NCBI GenBank assembly: GCA_019058365.1
Contig: JAHPZE010000009.1
Coordinates: forward strand, 32,001-96,000
Reading direction: 5' to 3'
From: Promethearchaeota archaeon
GTDB taxonomy: Archaea; Asgardarchaeota; Lokiarchaeia; Sigyniarchaeales; SOKP01
Length of the DNA: 64,000 nucleotides
The notes beneath the pieces were generated by a model, which had not been told where the DNA came from, searched no databases, and saw nothing but the letters and a program-made list of their open reading frames with translations. Shown here in pieces: positions 30,353 to 40,600 of this stretch. The position numbers and the translations under genes were made by a program. Each line of letters opens with the position of its first letter. The first letter of the stretch is position 1.

Positions 30353-31528
30353 ATGACTGATATTAAAAAGATTGTAGCTTTAGGTGTAGGGCTTATGGGT
30401 GAAGGAATTGCCCAAGTTGCTTTAATGGCAGGCTACAATGTTACATTAGTAGATATCAAGGATGAGCTAGTTAATAAAGCGTATTCAGGCATAGAAATAG
30501 GTTTGAAAAAGTCTGAGGAGAAAGGGCAATTAGGTGAAGGTGTGACTGCTGCAGATGTAATGGCAAGATGTAAAAAATCAACTGACTTAGCTTCTGCTGT
30601 GAAAGATGCTGATATGGTTATTGAGGCAATAGTTGAAAAAATGGCTCCAAAGAAAGAAGTATGTAAGACAATAATGCAGAATGGACCCTCGCATATCATT
30701 TTTGCGTCTAATACTTCCTTTATGAGCATAACTGAAATGGGAAAAGATAGCGGAGCTCCGGATAGGGTATGTGGAATGCATTTTTTCAATCCCGTTCCTT
30801 TAATGGCGTGTATTGAAGTAATTAAAGGAGAAAAAACTTCCGATAATACATTTAATAAGGCAATGGAAGTTGCTAAATCACTTCCTGTTCTGAGAGGTAA
30901 AAGATTCATCGCACCTGTATTGAAGGATAGACCTGGATTTATTGTAAATAGAATGAATGCTCCTGGAAACATATATATAAACTGGATCCTTGATAAAGCT
31001 GCAGAGAAAGGAATTGCATGGGATCAAATAGATGCTGATGTGGGAAAACTTGCTGCTATGCCACCTTGTGTTTTAATGGATTATGTTGGGATTGATACTA
31101 TGGTACATGGAATGAATTATAATGCTGAACTTCTACATCCTGATTTTAAACCAGGAAAAGTACTCACTGAAATGTATGAAAAAGGCAATTTAGGGAGAAA
31201 AACTGGTAGAGGTTTCTACGATTGGAGTAAGGGTCGACCACAGCCTGATTTATCTAAAAAGTCTGGATTATTCAATTTAAATGCGCTATTTGCAATTGCC
31301 TTAAATGAAGGTTGCCGTATTTTAGAAGAAGGTGTTGCAAGTGGTTTTAAAATAATCGATGATGCAAATATGGCAGGAATGAATACTCCTGGTCCATTTG
31401 GAGCAGGTAAAAATAAATATGGAGAATGGTCTGAATTACTAGAAAAACTTGCGGTTGAGACAGGAAAGGAATATTTAAAGCCTTGTAAATTGATGAAATC
31501 AGGAGAATTTGTTAAAATGCGAAAGTAA
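30353..31528 (+). CDS. 3-hydroxyacyl-CoA dehydrogenase
   Basis: GVGLMG, EAIVE, ASNTS, GMHFFNP, GRKTGRGFY; paralogue of 13893..15083. Confidence 0.93.
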   Translation: MTDIKKIVALGVGLMGEGIAQVALMAGYNVTLVDIKDELVNKAYSGIEIGLKKSEEKGQLGEGVTAADVMARCKKSTDLASAVKDADMVIEAIVEKMAPKKEVCKTIMQNGPSHIIFASNTSFMSITEMGKDSGAPDRVCGMHFFNPVPLMACIEVIKGEKTSDNTFNKAMEVAKSLPVLRGKRFIAPVLKDRPGFIVNRMNAPGNIYINWILDKAAEKGIAWDQIDADVGKLAAMPPCVLMDYVGIDTMVHGMNYNAELLHPDFKPGKVLTEMYEKGNLGRKTGRGFYDWSKGRPQPDLSKKSGLFNLNALFAIALNEGCRILEEGVASGFKIIDDANMAGMNTPGPFGAGKNKYGEWSELLEKLAVETGKEYLKPCKLMKSGEFVKMRK

Positions 31529-31685
31529 ACTAAAAGAATTTAACCTATATATTCTCATTTTTTTTTTATTATGTTAAAGTACGATTATTTCAAAAATCAA
31601 TTTGAAAATTTTTAATTCGAAAAAAAATAATACTAGATATTTTAAAACAATAAATAATGAGAAATAAAATAATAGAAATTAAAAG

Positions 31686-32654
31686 GTGGAAAATAAAATG
31701 GCTGAAGAATCAAAATTTGAGCATTTAAAAATTGAATGGCCCACAGCAGTAGATGAGGAAGGAAATGTTATAAGAGAAGGTACAATTGATGGAAATTATG
31801 CTGTAATTTCAATAAACCGTCCAGATAGATTGAATGCCCTAACTGACAAAGTAGTTGCTGAAATTTCTCAAGCACTAAGATTGATGGAATGGGACGGTTC
31901 AATACGAGCAGTTGTATTACGAGGTACAAAAGAGATTACAAAAAAACCATCCTTTTCTGTTGGAGCGGATTTAACTGCGTTATTTGATCCAAGATTAAAA
32001 CCAAATATCCCTATGCACATGAGTCAAGCAATGAGAATACGACATAGAGATTATGATGAATTAGAACAATTTACTAAACCTATAATTGCAGCAGTTGATG
32101 GATTTGCATTAGGCGGAGGATTTGAACTTACTCTATGTTGTGATATTATTATTGCTTCTGATAGATCTGTATTTGGAATACCAGAAATTAACAGAGGGAT
32201 ATTTTCAGCTAATGGAGGAGTAACTAGATTAGCAGCAAGAGTTGGGCTTAATAGAGCAATGAGAATGGCAATGTTTGGAGAACATTTTGATGCAAAAACA
32301 ATGTTAGAGTGGGGATATGTATCTTGGATTGCTCCTGCTGGTGAAGAATTTGAAAAATTTGTTCATGAGAAAGCTAAATGGTTAGGAGATGCTCCAACAA
32401 CATCTTTATTTGTAATTAAAAAATGCGTTAAATTTGGTACTCGATATCCTCAATTAGGGATAATGATGGAACAAATGGGCTTTGGGATAACATTTGCTGG
32501 AAGTCAGGATGCTAAGGAAGGAATTTTAGCTTTCAATCGTAGAATTAAATGTCCTATATGCGGTGGAAAGGGTAAAATGGAGGATGGAAGTACCTGTAAA
32601 AACTGTGGCGGTAGCAGGAAAATAAAAGATACTCCACACTTCAAAGGAATCTAA
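31686..32654 (+). CDS. Enoyl-CoA hydratase with C-terminal CxxCxGxG zinc finger
   Basis: INRPDRLNAL, FSVGADL, ALGGGFEL, PEINRG; CPICGGKG...CKNCGGS; likely start ATG 31698. Confidence 0.9.
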   Translation: MENKMAEESKFEHLKIEWPTAVDEEGNVIREGTIDGNYAVISINRPDRLNALTDKVVAEISQALRLMEWDGSIRAVVLRGTKEITKKPSFSVGADLTALFDPRLKPNIPMHMSQAMRIRHRDYDELEQFTKPIIAAVDGFALGGGFELTLCCDIIIASDRSVFGIPEINRGIFSANGGVTRLAARVGLNRAMRMAMFGEHFDAKTMLEWGYVSWIAPAGEEFEKFVHEKAKWLGDAPTTSLFVIKKCVKFGTRYPQLGIMMEQMGFGITFAGSQDAKEGILAFNRRIKCPICGGKGKMEDGSTCKNCGGSRKIKDTPHFKGI

Positions 32655-32774
32655 TTTGTCTATAATTTTTAAAAATATTTTTTCTTTTATTTAGCATTGT
32701 TGTTATCTTTTTCTTTGATACATTTATAAATTACAATTTCAATATAGGATATAACTATCTTTGAACTTGACAAC

Positions 32775-33332
32775 ATGACTTCTAATGTAAAATTAGTTGA
32801 AGAAATTAGTGATGGAAATCTTTTTCTTAGAAAAATTTCTAAAAATGATATAGATTTTGTTTTTGAAAGTTTAAATGATGATAGAATAACTGCTTATTTA
32901 TCTATGGAGCCATTGAAGACATTAGAACAATCTAAAAGATTAATTAAAAGTTATTTAAATTATTGGAATGTAAAAATTCAATTTAATTATATAATAGAAC
33001 TTCTTGAAGCTGATAAAGTTAAAATTGGCTCTGCTAGTCTTTGGAGTATAAGTTGGCAACATTATCGAGCCCAAATCGGGATCTGGTTAATTCACTCGTT
33101 TTGGGATAAAGGATTTGGAGAAAAATCTTTGAATTTAATTAAAAATATTGCATTTAATCATCTAAAATTAAACCGACTTGAAGCCTACATTGCTATCGAG
33201 AACAAAAGATCTCAATATCTTTTTGAAAAATGTGGATTTAAAGAAGAAGGAACATTAAGGCAATATTTGAATTTTCAAGGGAAATATCATGATGCTGTAA
33301 TATTAGCTTGTATAAAAAAGAATTGTCTCTGA
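32775..33332 (+). CDS. GNAT acetyltransferase (RimJ/RimL-like)
   Basis: LFLRKI, IGIWL...FWDKGFG, NKRSQYLFEKCGFKEEG. Confidence 0.9.
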   Translation: MTSNVKLVEEISDGNLFLRKISKNDIDFVFESLNDDRITAYLSMEPLKTLEQSKRLIKSYLNYWNVKIQFNYIIELLEADKVKIGSASLWSISWQHYRAQIGIWLIHSFWDKGFGEKSLNLIKNIAFNHLKLNRLEAYIAIENKRSQYLFEKCGFKEEGTLRQYLNFQGKYHDAVILACIKKNCL

Positions 33333-33443
33333 GATTGTTTAATTTACTATTTTACTTGCAACTAAAAGAAGAGTATTTCATTTATTAATGGTAATCTTCT
33401 TTAATTATTTGTATTTAATTATTCAATTGTCTTAAATTCTATT

Positions 33444-36400
33444 TTATTCTGATGGAACAGATTTGTCTTTAATTGGGGCTGTTATTTCAGTCTCTTTTTG
33501 TTGAGTAGGTTTCTTTTTAGGGACTGGTGGTTTTATTTTTAATGTGCTGGATGTTTTATTTAATTCATTTTGATAAACGGAATTGAATGCTTTTTCACGA
33601 TTAATTATATTTATACTAGGAGCCGTTTTACGCTTCAAACTTTTTCTGAATTTCCGAACTTTTCTAACAGCTTTTGGAAATCTTAAGATACGCATATAAA
33701 CTACTAAATATGATACTAAAATTCCTGCTGCTATTGAAATACCGATAAGTAATCCTAGCCACAATAGTGTATTCTCTTTAGGTCTAATTACGCTTAGAAC
33801 TATTTCATATGGTTCAAAATTATAATGTTCACCGGAATATGCATATATAGTTATAATAAATGAACCTACTGGTACATTTGTTATGACTGCTTCATAAATA
33901 CCATCATTATCAGGATCTGTTAAATCAGCTTCTCCATATTGCCATCTATAAGTTACTGCTGCTCCTTTAATAATACCACCAAAATCTAAATCATATAATA
34001 CTATTCTTAATGTAATAGATTTACCTGGTGTAGTAGAAATTGTTGTTTCTCCTGATACTGTCGTTATATTTGTACTAATCCGTCTAATATTTATATAAAT
34101 ATTTTGAATGATATATGATTGAAAATTCGGTCTTTCAGCTATGATACTAAAAACATTTATACCGATATTTAATTGAGTTGTATTAATAATAAGATAATAT
34201 TGTTCTAAAGTAGCACTCTCATTTAAAACGTCCGTTAGATCTCCATCTATTCGGATCGTTGCCCCAGGAATATACTCTCTTGTCCTACCATCAAGAAACC
34301 TTACAGTCAAATTTAACAGACTTCTAATAGGAAGTTCGAGATATGGATCAGCTGTTTTGTTTATTCCATTTAGAAATAATATACCCATCGATTCTCTTTC
34401 AACTACTTGTACAAAAAATTCTATTAATGCATATTCATAATTTTCTAATTGTGCTCGTATAGATAATCTGTTAAGTTGTTTTTCTAAATCAAATACATTT
34501 ACAGTTATATTATAATATTCTAAAATATTGTTCTCATCTAAGAATCCTTTCCCAATTAATTCAATAGTTGCATTATTAAGAAATGTTTTTGTAACATTAT
34601 CAAGATACTTTACAGTAACATTGAGTTTATCATTAATTTCAGCTTCTATTGTCTCACCATCAAAATATTGAGTACCATTTATAAATAATTGTATTGTAGT
34701 TTTCTTTTCTTCAATCATAAGTGTTATTAAAGTTGTAGAAAGTGTATAATTGTCTTTTTTTGCTGTTATGGTTAAAAATTTAACACCTGCTCCTAATTTT
34801 TCCATTTCAAAAGTTATACTATAAAAATCAAAGAATAGACTTTCATTTACGTCATACAGTTTACCTGATTCAATTAATTGTACCGATGCTAAATTAATGA
34901 ATAAATCAGTATCCAAATCTTTATAGAACACTGTTATATTCAGATATTCACCTACAGAAGTATTATAAAACTGAGATGCTGTATACTTTGAATTATTGAT
35001 ATAAATTTCTAAATAAGTTTGTCTTTCTAAAACAGAGACTGTAATAATTCTAGTTGATAAGCTATAATTATCTTTTTGGGCTGAGATCGTCAAAAAATTA
35101 ATCCCAAGGTTTAGCTTTCGAGTGTTAATATCTATCGAATAATTTAATGGAGAATTATCAGTGAAGTTTCGTGAGATTCTAGTACCTGTAAGGAGTACTA
35201 AAGCATTATTAATGAAATTATTAGTATAAGTATCATTATATGTCATAATTATGTTTAAAGTTGTATTCCATGGAATTTCTATGAAGTTAGTTTCCGTGTT
35301 ATTTAAAAATATTTTATCAATGTAAGAACTTCTTTCAAGCACTTCAATCTTAAAGCGAATAGATTGAGATGTATAATTTTCTTTTTCAGCACTAACAGTT
35401 AAATAAGTATTTCCCAATCCTAAATCTTTTGTATCAATGATTATTGTATATTGTGGGAGTACTGGGTCTTCAGACACATTCTTGGGGGCTCCCAGTCCTG
35501 TTAATTCTACAGTCGCGTTACTAATATGGACAGAAGGTAGTATCTCTTTATCTTTATACGTTATTGTTATATTCCCACTATTCCCATAAATCATTTGGAT
35601 AGACTTATCCAAAGTTTTATCAGTTTTATCTAAATAAAGCTGTAATTCAGTTTCTCTTGCAATTACTTCAATATTAATCAGAATAGATATTGATTCATAA
35701 TATTTCTTACTCGCAGATAAAGTTAAGAAATTATTTCCAAGACTTAATTTAGATGTATGAATAGTGATATTATATTGATTATAAATATCATCTTCTGACA
35801 AATCTTTGGGAGATCCTAACCCAATTAATTGTACTGTAGCATTTTGAATAAATTGTGATGATGTTTGGTTCATGTAAATGAATGTGATATTAACAGGATC
35901 ACCCATAGTGACCTCGATTGATTTTTCCAAGGTTTTATCTATAGAGTTTAGAAATAGATTATAGGATGTTGTATCTTCTACAACGTTTTCTGTATAAGAA
36001 ATTAATAAACTTGCATTATCTATTGATATTATAATTGTTTCATTCAAAGTAAATGTATCTGCTAAATATACCTCTATTGAGACACTTATATTATCATCTT
36101 TTGATACTATATCTTTAACATCAAAGCCTCCACTTTTAATGTCTCGAAATTCAGACCATGCCTTACTTAATTTAACGGTTTCTGAATGAATTCTATTATT
36201 AATATAAACTCGTATTTCTGAATTAGGAGATAAAACTGTCCAATTTTTATCAATTTTATATTTAAAATTTAAAGTTGCATTAATTATATCAATTGTACTT
36301 CCTACAGTTTTATGTGTAATTTTATTCCCAACCTGATTCCAAGATAGTGCAGTAAGCTGATTAATTTTTTTCTCAAAAGTAAAATTTAAACTTACTGACT

Positions 36401-37334
36401 TTATTATTAGCAATTTCCAATTGTCCGCATCTTGTGGAAAATTATCCTCACACCAAATTCTCATTCCTATTAAGATTGTGAAATTGTTAAAATTATAACT
36501 GAGTACTGACGTTAAATAGAATATTAAAATATCTTCAGGGATAGTTACCATAAGCGTATCGTTTATGTGATCAATTATAGGAGAATCCTGACCCAGTTTC
36601 CAGGTTTGATTATAAGCAACCTCAAAAATACTATTATTTGCTATATCAGATATCCAAACATAGAATCGGACATAATCTCCTGTTGATGCTTGAAAGTCTG
36701 CTGGATCAATTCCAGAATCGCTTAATACATCAATAGCACCCGTAAAATCGTCCCCAGGTTGATCCCAAGAGGGTGTTGCTTGAACTGTGGCATTAAAAAT
36801 CGCTGTAAGATTTGCAGATGTAATAACATAATCTGACATATCAACCGGCATATTAAGTATTCTATACCAATTTACAGCTACAGACTGATCAGCACTCTCA
36901 TCCCAATAATGGCTAACACAAGCACCACTAGCATTAATGTTAGTAGTATCTGGATAAGCTGGGAAGTTTGGATTTTTTGATTTAGTCCAATTTGAATCTT
37001 GTGTTAAATCAGAATAAAACTCATAATCATACTTTTTACCTAATACTTCATAATTTGCCTGATTGAGAGTTGTCGTAGCATTAATATCAGAAATATCTCC
37101 TTCTGTTGTATTATACCATGGATCTATGGGTGTTTCAAAAGTAGGATTATCAAGCCATTCTTTTGTATATAGATCTTGTACAATACCTTGGCTATTAGGT
37201 GCTGAATCATAATTTATATTATTGTTAGTATTTTGATTTAATAAGTAACTACTTATTAAAATATTGGATAGCAGTGAGGAAGTAATGATAATAAAGATTA
37301 AAATCCTTTTATTCTTACAGTAATTATTTCTCAT
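33444..37334 (-). CDS. Large type-I membrane surface glycoprotein with tandem Ig-like repeats
   Basis: N-terminal hydrophobic signal; ~100-aa repeats (NITV.Y.D...I.NATV.L...Y.I.I.T..L..G.N.LT..A.K.NY); many NxS/T sequons; C-terminal TM plus basic tail. Confidence 0.88.
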   Translation of the reverse strand: MRNNYCKNKRILIFIIITSSLLSNILISSYLLNQNTNNNINYDSAPNSQGIVQDLYTKEWLDNPTFETPIDPWYNTTEGDISDINATTTLNQANYEVLGKKYDYEFYSDLTQDSNWTKSKNPNFPAYPDTTNINASGACVSHYWDESADQSVAVNWYRILNMPVDMSDYVITSANLTAIFNATVQATPSWDQPGDDFTGAIDVLSDSGIDPADFQASTGDYVRFYVWISDIANNSIFEVAYNQTWKLGQDSPIIDHINDTLMVTIPEDILIFYLTSVLSYNFNNFTILIGMRIWCEDNFPQDADNWKLLIIKSVSLNFTFEKKINQLTALSWNQVGNKITHKTVGSTIDIINATLNFKYKIDKNWTVLSPNSEIRVYINNRIHSETVKLSKAWSEFRDIKSGGFDVKDIVSKDDNISVSIEVYLADTFTLNETIIISIDNASLLISYTENVVEDTTSYNLFLNSIDKTLEKSIEVTMGDPVNITFIYMNQTSSQFIQNATVQLIGLGSPKDLSEDDIYNQYNITIHTSKLSLGNNFLTLSASKKYYESISILINIEVIARETELQLYLDKTDKTLDKSIQMIYGNSGNITITYKDKEILPSVHISNATVELTGLGAPKNVSEDPVLPQYTIIIDTKDLGLGNTYLTVSAEKENYTSQSIRFKIEVLERSSYIDKIFLNNTETNFIEIPWNTTLNIIMTYNDTYTNNFINNALVLLTGTRISRNFTDNSPLNYSIDINTRKLNLGINFLTISAQKDNYSLSTRIITVSVLERQTYLEIYINNSKYTASQFYNTSVGEYLNITVFYKDLDTDLFINLASVQLIESGKLYDVNESLFFDFYSITFEMEKLGAGVKFLTITAKKDNYTLSTTLITLMIEEKKTTIQLFINGTQYFDGETIEAEINDKLNVTVKYLDNVTKTFLNNATIELIGKGFLDENNILEYYNITVNVFDLEKQLNRLSIRAQLENYEYALIEFFVQVVERESMGILFLNGINKTADPYLELPIRSLLNLTVRFLDGRTREYIPGATIRIDGDLTDVLNESATLEQYYLIINTTQLNIGINVFSIIAERPNFQSYIIQNIYINIRRISTNITTVSGETTISTTPGKSITLRIVLYDLDFGGIIKGAAVTYRWQYGEADLTDPDNDGIYEAVITNVPVGSFIITIYAYSGEHYNFEPYEIVLSVIRPKENTLLWLGLLIGISIAAGILVSYLVVYMRILRFPKAVRKVRKFRKSLKRKTAPSINIINREKAFNSVYQNELNKTSSTLKIKPPVPKKKPTQQKETEITAPIKDKSVPSE

Positions 37335-37577
37335 ATTTTATAAAACCTCAATTAATATTTAAAAATTTTATATTAAGATATAATTTTTCCATATATTCTT
37401 ATTAATTAATATTTCAATATATTTTATTATACTTTTCCCTTATTTTAAAAATTTCATCCATTTTAATCTAAGTTTATATTAAATTTGGAAATTTGTCAAA
37501 CTGAAATTAAAACGCAGTAAAAAACAAGAGAACAATATATTTTATGCAAAAGATTTGATTTATAAAAGAACTTACAT

Positions 37578-37631
37578 TAGACCAGTGCGTGAATTTTCAT
37601 GGAAAATTCCGTGATACTGTAGTGTTGGCTA
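37578..37631. other. Intergenic stem-loop between the two giant surface-protein genes
   Basis: Perfect gaattttc-atg-gaaaattc core (37591-37609), extendable by cagt/actg or tagaccag/ttggcta; locally GC-richer than flanks. Confidence 0.35.
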
Positions 37632-37691
37632 GCTGAAAAGAAGAAATTAATTAAATTTTTAAGATTTAATAGTATTAGAAGGTTTTTTAGA

Positions 37692-40600
37692 TTAATCTTT
37701 AATCAATTCATCTAATTCTTCCTTTTTCTTAATAGTTTTCTCAGTTAATTGATCTGGTACTATTTTAGACTCTGTTAGCTGTGGTTCCAATTTTTTTAAT
37801 GGCGATGAGGGCTCTACAGGTTTAGCTTTTAATTTTTGAACTCCCCCTAATTCTTCCTTATAAAGCATGGAAAATGCTTTTTCTCGGCTTGTAATATGTA
37901 CACTAGGAGTTGATTTTCTTTTTAATGTTCTTTTATATTTTCGGACCTTTCTTACTGGCTTTGGATATTTGAGATATCTTTGATAAGCGTAGAAATAGCT
38001 TCCCAATATAGTTGCTCCTATAACCGAAATTATAAATAGGATTAGAAATAAATTATCCATTGTTGGTTGGGCGATTACTGTTACAATAATCTCATACCTC
38101 TGAAAATCATAATCGTCTCCTGCAAATGCAGTTATTGTTATAGTAAACGAACCAACTGGTATATTAGAGATTTTCGATTCATATATTCCATCGTCGTTAT
38201 TGTCTGTTAATACTCCTTGACCATTTTGCCATCGATATTCTACAGTTGCATTTAAAATTAAGCCTCCAAAATCTAAATTATTAAGTTTGATTTTCAAATC
38301 AACAGACTGACCCTCGTTGATATTGATAACGTTAGATCCTGATAAGGTTGTAATATTAGTTATAATGCGTCTTATGTCTAATCTAATATTAATTATTTTT
38401 AGTTGGTAATTATTTCTTTGTGCTACAACAGTTAATAATCTTACTCCTATATCTAATTGACGTGTATCTAATAAAGTTGTATACTGTTCTAAACTAATAC
38501 TTTGATTTAATGAATCAGATAAACCTTCACCAAGAAGTTTCACATCAGCATTATTAATAAAATTACCGAGCAAATCTGAATATTTCACGGTAATATTCAA
38601 TGATGATCCAATAGGTAATTCTAAAAATGGATCTCCAGTTTTATTATTACCATTAAAAAACAGTTGAAGATTTGCCATTCTTTCGGTGATCTCTACGGTT
38701 ATTTGAGCAGGTTGAGATTGATAATCACTCTTAGTCGCAATGATATTCAAAATATCAATTCCTTGACCCAAAATACCCGCATCTATAGTGAAATTATATT
38801 GTTCTAAGGAAGGATTTTCATCAAAATATCCATGTCCTAACAATTCTATTGTAGCATTACTTAAGTGCGTTCCAGTTATGAAATCGGTATATATAACTGT
38901 TATATTGATTTTTTCCGAAACTTCAACAGTAATATAATTATTTGGATATATTGCTCCATTTAATAAAACAACTAACGATGTTCCCCTTACATCAAGATAT
39001 AGTGTCAATACTGTAGCAGATGAACTATAGTTTTGTAATTGCGCTGAGACCGTGAGAAATGTAGCCCCAACATGCAAAAGGGATGTATTAAATACTATTT
39101 CATATTGTGAATAAATATAACTTTCGTTTATAATCTTAGAAAGTCCTCCTCCAACAACTCTAGCAGTTGCTCCACTTAGAAAGTCGCCAGAAATTTGATC
39201 TTTATAGCTAAATGATATGTTTAACAGTTCACCAGACGTAAGAGTTATACTCTTATCCGTTATTTTTTCAATTCCATTAAGAAAAACATTATCAATGTAC
39301 GTTTCCCTTTCAATTATTTCGATTTTAATTAGAATATTCTGAGATTCATAGTTGGATTCATTTACACTAATTATTAGCGAATGCATTTTATTTACTTCGT
39401 ATAAAGAACTATTAAACTCCATATTGTAGATTCCTGGTGACATCATAGTTGTAGATGATTCTCCTAACCAATTACTTGTAGGAGAAGTAATTATCCCATT
39501 TCCCGTTGTAGTTTCAGTGTAATTCAAATGAATAGTGAAATTTTCATTCCAAGGTACTTGCAAATATGGAAATTCTTGAGCTGTTAGCGAAGTCTTGAGT
39601 ACCAGATTTATAGTAATTAGATTAGAATTATTTTGATATAAAGATGAATTTGCATATATAGTAAGCAAATTGTCACCAGCGACACCTCCAGAGGTATTAA
39701 AGTCTAATAAAACATAAAATCCTGGGCTAATTTCATTAAAATATTCTCTACCACCCAAGAAGTTATCGGTATAGATTATAGCGTCTCTAATTGCATCTCC
39801 ATTCTCTTTATCATTAAAAGACACTAAAAGATTGATAGTATCCCCCTCAAAAATATTAGAATAATAACTCTGATCAGGTGTAAGTGTTGAGAAATGTTTT
39901 ACTGTAAATTTTTGTGTTATAATACCTGTTTCATTCAATCCGAATATTGAATAAGAGTTGTTCCAAGTAATAATGATTTCATACTCTCCAACTTCATAAT
40001 TTGGTGGAGTACTTGGTATTTGAAAATAATTAAAATCAACATTACCGTTCGAATCTGGAGATTGTAACTGATTTACTGCTGCCCAAATTGAACCATTTGG
40101 AAATCTAACCTGAAGTTTCGCTTCAGTTTGTTGAATATAGCCAGAAACTAAAAGAGAATCTGTTATCTTTGCAGTTATATTAATATAATCTCCACTAAAA
40201 AATTCTGATTCCTGAACCCAATCATTTCCCGTAGGTATACTGGTTGTATTTTTAAATATCTGTAATTCTTCACAGTAATTGGGTGATTCTGCATTAAATT
40301 TCCAGAAACCATCGGGAGTTGTTGATATTGAATTTACTGGAATTAATAATAGTCCGGCTGTAGAATTGTCACATTGAGTTAGTCTATTAACACTTGGTTG
40401 CTGGGGTTCAGATACCCAATATAAATCTATATCTGTAGGAAATTCAAGCCTCATGGTAGCTTCTTCATATCCAGTAGGAACTGCAAAATAAGCATAACTT
40501 TCCCAATTAACTAAACTGTTATTTTCTACTGAAAATTTAGTACCTTCTGAAATGATATTTGTTTCATAACTCGTCTCAGGACTATCTTTAAAAGCATATA

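Noticed and set aside
30433-30972. 179-aa ORF, and the other short ORFs overlapping long genes (e.g. 1807, 5796, 16186, 27065, 48862, 58286, 60307)
   Set aside because: They overlap well-supported genes on the opposite strand or in another frame and have no motifs of their own.
37589-37615. SECIS element or attC site
   Set aside because: The GTGA...AA...TGAT spacing is too short for a SECIS, no selenoprotein gene is adjacent, and there is no matching GTTRRRY core or integrase.
33444-38060. PGF/Loki-CTERM archaeosortase signal on the giant proteins
   Set aside because: No PGF/PGY motif before the TM, and the tails are long (80-100 aa) rather than a short basic cluster.
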